Source of the DNA: Eledone cirrhosa
Taxonomy: Eukaryota
Direction: 5' to 3'
Assembly: GCA_964016885.1 (NCBI GenBank)
Contig: OZ024741.1
Coordinates: 296,980,001-297,044,000, forward strand
DNA length: 64,000 nucleotides
The notes below the pieces were generated by a model. It did no database searches and had not been told where the DNA came from. It worked only from the letters and a program-made list of their open reading frames with translations. Numbering within the stretch: position 1 is the stretch's first letter; the number at the start of each line of letters is the position of its first letter. The position numbers and the translations under genes were made by a program. This document shows positions 56,201 to 64,000 of the stretch, piece by piece.

Positions 56201-59200
56201 GACAAGCTGTAACACCAATCTGTGACAGTGTTCCCTCCACTCTACAGAGACAAGCTGTAACACCAATCTGAGACAGTGATCCCTCCCCTCCACAGAGACA
56301 AGCTGTAACACCAATCTGAGACAGTGATCCCTGCACAGAGACAAGCTGTAACACCAATCTGAGACAGTGTTCCCCTCCCCTCCACAGAGACAAGCTGTAA
56401 CACCAATCTGAGACACTGTGATCCCTCCCCTCTACAGAGACAAGCTGTAACACCAATCTGAGACAGTGATCCCTCCCCTCCACAGAGACAAGCTGTAACA
56501 CCAATCTGAGACAGTGATCCCTCCCCTCCACAGAGACAAGCTGTAACACCAATCTGTGACAGTGATCCCTCCCCTCCACAGAGTCAAGCTGTAACACCAA
56601 TCTGTGACAGTGATCCCTCCCCTCCACAGAGTCAAGCTGTTACACCAATCTGAGACACTGTGATCCCTCCACTCCACAGAGACAAGCTGTAACACCAATC
56701 TGTGACACTGTGATCCCTCCACTCCACAGAGACAAGCTGTAACACCAATCTGAGACACTGTGATCCCTCCCCTCCACAGAGACAAGCTGTAACACCAATC
56801 TGTTACAGTGATCCCTCCCCTCCACAGAGACAAGCTGTTACACCAATCTGAGACACTGTGATCCCTCCCCTCCACAGAGACAAGCTGTAATACCAATCTG
56901 TGACAGTGTTCCCTCCACTCCACAGACAAGCTGTAACACCAATCTGAGACAGTGACCCCCCCCCCCCTCCACAGAGACAAGCTGTAACACCAATCTGTGA
57001 CAGTGATCCCTCCCCTCCACAGAGACAAGCTGTAACACCAATCTGAGACACTGTGATCCCTCCCCTCCACAGAGACAAGCTGTTACACCAATCTGAGACA
57101 CTGTGATCCCTCCCCTCCACAGAGACAAGCTGTTACACCAATCTGAGACACTGTGATCCCTCCCCTCCACAGAGACAAGCTGTAACACCAATCTGAGACA
57201 GTGATCCCCCCTTCCACAGAGACAAGCTGTAACACCAATCTGTTACAGTGATCCCTCCTTTCCACAGAGACAAGCTGTAACACCAATCTGTGACAGTGAT
57301 CCCTCTCCTCTACAGAGACAAGCTGTAACACCAATCTGTGACAGTGATCCCTCCCCTCTACAGATACAAGCTGTAACACCAATCTGTTACAGTGATCTCT
57401 ACCCTCCACAGAGACAAGCTGTAACACCAATCTGTGACAGTGATCCCTCTCCTCCACAGAGACAAGCTGTAACACCAATCTGTGACAGTGATCTCTACCC
57501 TCCACAGAGACAAGCTGTAACACCAATCTGTGACAGTGTTCCCTCCTCTCCACAGAGACAAGCTGTAACACCAATCTGTGACAGTGTTCCCTCCCCTCCA
57601 CAGAGACAAGCTGTAACACCAATCTGTGACAGTGTTCCCTCCCCTCCACAGAGACAAGCTGTAACACCAATCTGTGACAGTGTTCCCTCCACTCCACAGA
57701 GACAAGCTGTAACACCAATCTGTGACAGTGTTCCCTCCTCTCCACAGAGACAAGCTGTAACACCAATCTGTGACAGTGTTCCCTCCACTCCACAGAGACA
57801 AGCTGTAACACCAATCTGTGACAGTGATCCCCCCCTCCACAGAGACAAGCTGTAACACCAATCTGAAACACTGTGATCCCTCCACTCCACAGAGACAAGC
57901 TGTAACACCAATCTGTGACAGTGTTCCCTCCACTCCACAGAGACAAGCTGTAAGACCAATCTGTGACAGTGTTCCCTCCTCTCCACAGAGACAAGCTGTA
58001 ACACCAATCTGTGACAGTGTTCCCTCCTCCACAGAGACAAGCTGTAACACCAATCTGAGACAGTGATCCCTCCTCTCCACAGAGACAAGCTGTAACACCA
58101 ATCTGTGACAGTGATCCCTCCCCTCCACAGAGACAAGCTGTAACACCAATCTGTGACAGTGTTCCCTCCACTCCACAGAGACAAGCTGTAACACCAATCT
58201 GTGACAGTGTTCCCTCCACTCCACAGAGACAAGCTGTAACACCAATCTGTGACAGTGTTCCCTCCTCTCCACAGAGACAAGCTGTAACACCAATCTGTGA
58301 CAGTGTTCCCTCCTCCACAGAGACAAGCTGTAACACCAATCTGAGACAGTGATCCCTCCTCTCCACAGAGACAAGCTGTAACACCAATCTGTGACAGTGA
58401 TCCCTCCCCTCCACAGAGACAAGCTGTAACACCAATCTGTGACAGTGTTCCCTCCACTCCACAGAGACAAGCTGTAACACCAATCTGTGACAGTGTTCCC
58501 TCCACTCCACAGAGACAAGCTGTAACACCAATCTGTGACAGTGTTCCCTCCACTCCACAGAGACAAGCTGTAACACCAATCTGTGACATTATTCCCTCCT
58601 CTCCACAGAGACAAACTGTAACACCAATCTGTGACAGTGTTCCCTCCACTCCACAGAGACAAGCTGTAACACCAATCTGTGACAGTGATCCCTCCTCTCC
58701 ACAAAGACAAGCTGTAACACCAATCTGTGACAGTGTTCCCTCCTCTCCACAGAGACAAGCTGTAACACCAATCTGTTACAGTGACCCCTCCTCTCCACAG
58801 AGACAAGCTGTAACACCAATCTGTGACAGTGATCCCTCCCCTCCACAGAGACAAGCTGTAACACCAATCTGAGACAGTGATCCCTCCTCTCCACAGAGAC
58901 AAGCTGTAACACCAATCTGTGATAGTGTTCCCCCCTCTCCACAGAGACAAGCTGTAACACCAATCTGTGACAGTGTACCCTCCACTCCACAGAGACAAGC
59001 TGTAACACCAATCTGAGACACTGTGATCTCTCCCCTCCACAGAGACAAGCTGTAACACCAATCTGTGACAGTGTTCCCTCCTCTCCACAGAGACAAGCTG
59101 TAACACCAATCTGTGACAGCGTTCCCTCCACTCCACAGAGACAAGCTGTAACACCAATATGTGACAGTGATCCCCCCTTCCACAGAGACAAGCTGTAACA

Positions 59201-62200
59201 CCAATCTGTGACAGTGTTCCCTCCTCTCCACAGAGACAAGCTGTAACACCAATCTGTGACAGCGTTCCCTCCACTCCACAGAGACAAGCTGTAACACCAA
59301 TATGTGACAGTGATCCCCCCTTCCACAGAGACAAGCTGTAACACCAATCTGTGACAGTGATCCCTCCCCTCCACAGAGACAAGCTGTAACACCAATCTGT
59401 GACAGTGTTCCCTCCTCTCCACAGAGACAAGCTGTAACACCAATCTGTGACAGCATTCCCTCCACTCCACAGAGACAAGCTGTAACACCAATATGTGACA
59501 GTGATCCCCCCTTCCACAGAGACAAGCTGTAACACCAATCTGTGACAGTGTTCCCTCCTCTCCACAGAGACAAGCTGTAACACCAATCTGAGACAGTGAT
59601 CCCCCCTCCACAGTGACAAGCTGTAACACCAATATATTTGTTGTTATCACCTGTCACTGCTACCTCCCATGATGTTGACACATTTCCCTAGTAACACTGA
59701 AGTGACATCTCCAAGGAGCAAGCCTGGGTTTGAGTATATTAAGATCCTAGGTTTCCCAGACACCACAATCTTCTTCTCACCCTCACTGGTGTAGTTCAAA
59801 TGATGACAGAAGAGTAGTATGTTTAGTACCAGATTGGTTTCAGAAGGTGCTGGAAAGGTTTTGAGTCAAACAGCACAACACCTCAAGGGCTCCACACTAG
59901 ATTTATTATAAGTTTTACTTCCTCTCCTTTTTCCCTCACACAAATGATGACAATGACAACTACCACCACCATGGCATGAGGTGGAGGTCTATAACCATGG
60001 ACAGGTCTATATCAGAAACTGTCAATCAGGGTCAACTAATCTCTCTACATGTGTCAGGCAGGGGTCATCATACCCTAAAGTAGTGAATACCCTATATTAT
60101 GCTAGAAATAACAGCTAAATCTCCCTCAAATCATTGTGTGTTATGTATGTACATTTGTATGTATAAGAGAATAAAGGAGATATTTGCATGGAAGTTAAGC
60201 CTAAGAGATAAAGCAGCTACTTCTCCTTCAAATCACATCTTTCTAATTTTGGTACACCACTACGTACTCCTATTTGTATATTATACACACACACACACAT
60301 ATAGAGAGGAAGTTCCAAACATGGAAGCATGGCCTTAGAGTCAACTTGTCTAGGACTAAAGTTCTAGTATGTAAAAAGGAAAATAGGGTACAGATACCCT
60401 CTGGGAAGTGGTATGCTCTGTGTAGGATAGGAGTAGGCAGAAACTCTATTTTATGTCCCAAATGCAGACTATGGGTACATAAAAGATGTAGTGGAATCAG
60501 AGGTAAGCTATCTAAGAACGTATATTTTATGTGTGGCCGATGCTCAGGTGCAGTAAGTAGCAAGGACCCACTGGATGATATCTCCTTCAACTGCCCAGAT
60601 GGTTCTATCGAAACAGTAGACACCTTCCGTTACCTGGGTGACAAAATCAGCAGTAGAGGAGGGTGCTCTGAAAGTGTAGTAGCCAGAGTTAGAACAGGAT
60701 GGAAAAAGTTCAGAGAGCTAATACCGCTGTTGGCCACAAGCGGTTTTTCTCTAAAAATGAACGGCAGATTGTATGATACTTGTATACGAACAGTGATATT
60801 ACATGGTAGTGAGACTTGGTCATTGTGTGCTGAAGACCTGCGTAGATTAGAAAGAAATGAAGCTTGCATGCTCCGATGGATGTGTAATAGTAACGTGCGC
60901 AAAAGGCGAAGCATAAACAAACTAAGAGGGAGACTAAGCATAAGAGGTATCAAATGTTGTGTTCTGGAAAGGAGATTGTGTTGGTATGGACATGTGATGC
61001 GTATGAAGGACGACAGCTGTATAAAAAAGTGCAGGGCAATGAAAATTGATGGAAGCTACGGAGTGGGTAGACCAAGAAAAACCTGGAACAAGGTGATAAA
61101 AACTGACCTTGCCCACCTACACCTCTCTAAGACAATGATACTGGATCAAGACCTTTGGCGCCATGCAGTTGTACAGAAGACCCAACTACCACGGCATACG
61201 AACCTACAGTCAGTAGGCACCTCTTAACTCAATGTACACCCCACCGCCACTCCCTACCCCATCCTCCCTCTCCCATTCCGTCCACTGTGTCAATGACACA
61301 ACAGTCCACACTGTAAGGTGGCCATGTAAGAGACACAGTGAAAAGGCTCCCAGTCCACACTGTAAATGTGGTTGGTGTTAGGAAAGCCATCCAGCTGTAA
61401 AAAAAACCTGCCAGAGATGCTTCCATGAGAGCGAGACACGGTCTCCCGCCCATTCCCGCATCCAATGGAACAAAACCGTCTAATCCATGTTAGCGTGGAA
61501 GATGGACATTAAACGATGATGATGATGATGATGATGTTGATATATATATATATACACGCGTGTTTGCTATAATATATTTTGTTTTTGTTTTCAGACACAG
61601 TCAATTTGGTCTCAGTAGGTCTCGGTCAGAGACCAGTTAAAAATGGTAAGTTATAATACAAACACTTCCTAGTTTTTAATTAATACATTAACTAACGATA
61701 TTGTTACCTATTATCTTGTATTATGTACCGAGGTTGACTTTGCCTTTCATCCTTACGGGGTCGATAAAATAAAGTACCAGTAATGTACTGGGTAATTGCT
61801 GGCCTTGTGCCTAAAGTAGAAACAATTATGTACAACAAACACTTTAAGGCCATTTCGTCTGCTATACAAATTATAGACTTGATGACAAACATCATATTAG
61901 CCATGGGTCCTTTTTTAGATAAAGTGGTATTGGCAGATGCCCTTCTTGGCACCAATCTTTTTTTTTGTTGCTGTCTTTCTGGGGATTATTATAGTTTCAG
62001 ATACCTTATAAGACAGGACGATTCCCCACCAGTGTATCAATAGAAACCATGGAGTTATCCATGGCTAGCTATTTAGGATGAAAACAATGGATGTTGGATA
62101 AAACGAAACACACACACACACAGACACAAAACAAGAAGAAATAACTAGACAGAAAGAGAGATGTAGAAATGATACTTTTTGTCTTTTTTTGTTTTTAGTT

Positions 62201-62240
62201 CTAACTCCTGTAGAGACACCTGAACCAGATTCATCAACAT
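50275..62240 (+). CDS. Orphan micro-exon gene, 3' partial; exons 50275-50485, 51426-51467, 53333-53374, 54989-55030, 55398-55439, 61595-61645, 62199-62240
   Basis: Each micro-exon has AG and GTRAGT splice sites, is 42 or 51 nt, and is open only in phase 1. The spliced frame is stop-free. The first exon (ATG 50275, G|GTAAGT) is less certain. Confidence 0.75.
51525..52370 (+). mobile_element. CRE-clade non-LTR fragment (RT C-terminus, zinc finger, RLE), intronic
   Basis: [18 protein letters not shown]...GLHSLSC, GKRPDG...WDATC. Confidence 0.8.
53800..54470 (+). mobile_element. Highly degenerate RTE-like LINE fragment
   Basis: [16 protein letters not shown] motif; many stops. Confidence 0.5.
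55468..59633. repeat. Intronic 48-bp minisatellite, about 85 units (45-50 bp variants)
   Basis: Consensus ccacagagacaagctgtaacaccaatctgtgacagtg(a/t)tccctcccct. Confidence 0.97.
60300..61537 (+). mobile_element. RTE-clade LINE, 5'-truncated (ORF remainder to 61227, 3' UTR, (GAT)n tail)
   Basis: [38 protein letters not shown]; tail ttaaacgatgatgat. Confidence 0.9.
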
Positions 62241-62830
62241 GTGAGTATTATTGTTGTTGTTGTTATTATTTGGCAGTAACAGTAGAGGGTTGGACACCAT
62301 GCTTTGACGCATAGAGTTACGGCCCTTGCCATTCTGAGTTCAAATCCCGCCGAGGTTAACTTTGCCTTTCATCCTTATGGGGTCGATAAAATAAAGTGCC
62401 AGTAATACACTGGGGTATTGCTGGCCTTGTGCCAAAAGTAGAAACAATTATTATTATTATTATTATTTGGTCCAGGGACACGGTGATCCCTCCCATCCAC
62501 AGTGACAAGCTGTAACACCAATCTGGAACACAGGATCCCTCCCCCTCCACAGTGACAAGCTGTAACACAATATATTTGCTGTCATCACCTGTCACTCTTA
62601 CCTCCCATCCCCTAGGAACACTGGTGATATCTCCAGGGAGCAAGTCTGTGTTGGGTGTATTAAGATCCAAGCTTTCCCTGACATCACCACAATCCTCTTC
62701 TCACCCTCACTGGTATAGTCCAAAATATTACAGAACAGTATGTTTAGTACCAGTTTGGTTTCAGAAGGTCTGGAAAAGTGTTGAATCAAACAACACAACA
62801 CAAGTATATTATAAGTTTTACTTCCTATCA
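61595..62830 (+). repeat. Diverged duplicate of the two-exon module at about 54989-59930
   Basis: Matching exon pair and intron blocks; 59635-59925 resembles 62570-62826. Confidence 0.85.
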
Positions 62831-62940
62831 TTGTCTCTCACAAGACAGTGAGGTTATTTAACTCTAGTATATCTATATATTTCCAGGCTATATATATATA
62901 TTAAATAACCTCATTGTCTTGTATATATATATATATATAT

Positions 62941-63727
62941 GGAGGCACATGGCTTAGTGGTTAGAGCATTGGCCTTGCAATCGAAAGGTTGTGAGTTCAA
63001 TTCTCAGACTGGGTGATGTGTTGTTTCCTTGAGCAAGACACTTTATTTCACATTGCTCCAGTTTACTCAGCTGTGGGGTCCCTATCATTCCACTGCAAAG
63101 TGGTCGTGGAGGTGCCACAGCAAAAAAAGCACCCAGCAGTCACTGTAAATTAGGTTGGTGTTAGGAAGGGCATCCAGCTGTAGAAATCAAGCCAGAATCA
63201 GTTCCCGTCCCACCCTTGCAAGCAGGGAAAAGCGGACGTAAAATGATGATGATGATATATATATAAGACAATGAAGTTATTTATATATATAGCATGGAAA
63301 TATATAGAATTACTAGAGTTAAATAACCTCACTGTCTTGTATATTTAGCATACTAGGGCTAAATAACTTCATTGTCTTATATAAATAATGATGATGATCA
63401 TCATCATCATCGTCATTTCATTTTACGTCCACTTTTGGGATGGGAACTGATTCTGGCTTGATTTCTACAGCTGGATGCCCTTCCTAACACCAACCTCATT
63501 TACAGTGAGTGCTGGGTGCTTTTTTGCTGTGGCACCTCCACGACCACTTTGCAGTGGAATGATAGGGACCGCCAGTCCCTATCATCTCATTTCTACAGCT
63601 GAGTAAACTGGAGCAATGTGAAATAAAGTGCCTTGCTAGGGAAACAACACATCACCCGGTCTGAGAATTGAACTCACAACCTTTCGATTGCAAGGCCAAT
63701 GCTCTAACCACTAAGCCATGTGCCTTC
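62941..63727. mobile_element. Inverted pair of tRNA-derived SINEs (about 62941-63255 plus, 63395-63727 minus); another SINE starts near 63790
   Basis: A-box tggcttagtgg, B-box gttcaattc, (GAT)n tail; flanking sequence is also duplicated in inverted form. Confidence 0.85.
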
Positions 63728-64000
63728 ATATATATATATACAAGACAGTGAGGTTATCTAACTCTAGTAATTCTATATATATATAGTGCAGGCACGTGGC
63801 CTAGTGGTAAGGGTGTTGGACTTAGGATCATATTGTCGTGGGTTTGATTCCTGGGTTGCGTGTTGTGCTCTTGAGCAAAACACTTCATTTCACATTGCTC
63901 CAGTATACTCAGCTGAAAATGAGTACCAGCAATAGCTTGGAGTTAAACCCTGTGTTGAACTGGTGTCCTATCTGGGGGGGGTCTTTTACTCTCAGTTGCT

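Noticed and set aside
55468-59633. CRISPR-like array
   Set aside because: Variable parts are minor variants of one C-rich motif, not unique spacers; no cas genes; eukaryotic intronic context.
59608-59640. RSS/Transib-like heptamers (CACAGTG, CACAGAG, CACTGTG) in the minisatellite
   Set aside because: The nonamer at 12-nt spacing matches ACAAAAACC at only 4-5 of 9 positions; no RAG-like ORF or TIR/TSD structure.
55269-59681. Long Cys/Trp-rich ORFs (up to 753 aa) on minus
   Set aside because: Products of a 48-bp repeat that is stop-poor in several frames; frames switch at unit indels.
62941-63015. tRNA gene
   Set aside because: A/B boxes belong to a SINE head continuing into SINE body and tail; no clean cloverleaf.

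Overview
Eukaryotic, repeat-rich animal genomic DNA, most likely a coleoid cephalopod (Octopus-like, inferred from dense (TA)n/(CA)n/(GA)n microsatellites and the SINE/LINE repertoire). Host genes: a complete 5-exon SLC16/MCT-type MFS transporter (+, 14591-18853, about 527 aa) and an orphan gene built from symmetric phase-1 micro-exons (five of 42 nt, one of 51 nt; +, about 50275 to beyond 62240) that the ORF track misses. The rest is mobile or repetitive DNA: Naiad-type Penelope-like elements (one circularly permuted, one near-intact with pLTRs), other PLE remnants, RTE, R4/Dong, CR1, CRE, mariner, hAT and Helitron remnants, a young non-coding LTR element with a tRNA-Trp PBS, many SINEs and a 4.2-kb 48-bp minisatellite. 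The most striking non-coding feature is a population of type I hammerhead ribozymes. Nineteen lie in a near-homogeneous 312-bp retrozyme-like array arranged as a giant palindrome (28027-33884), and about 16 more are dispersed in several families, some with non-canonical cores. All calls come from manual reading; boundaries of degenerate elements are approximate.
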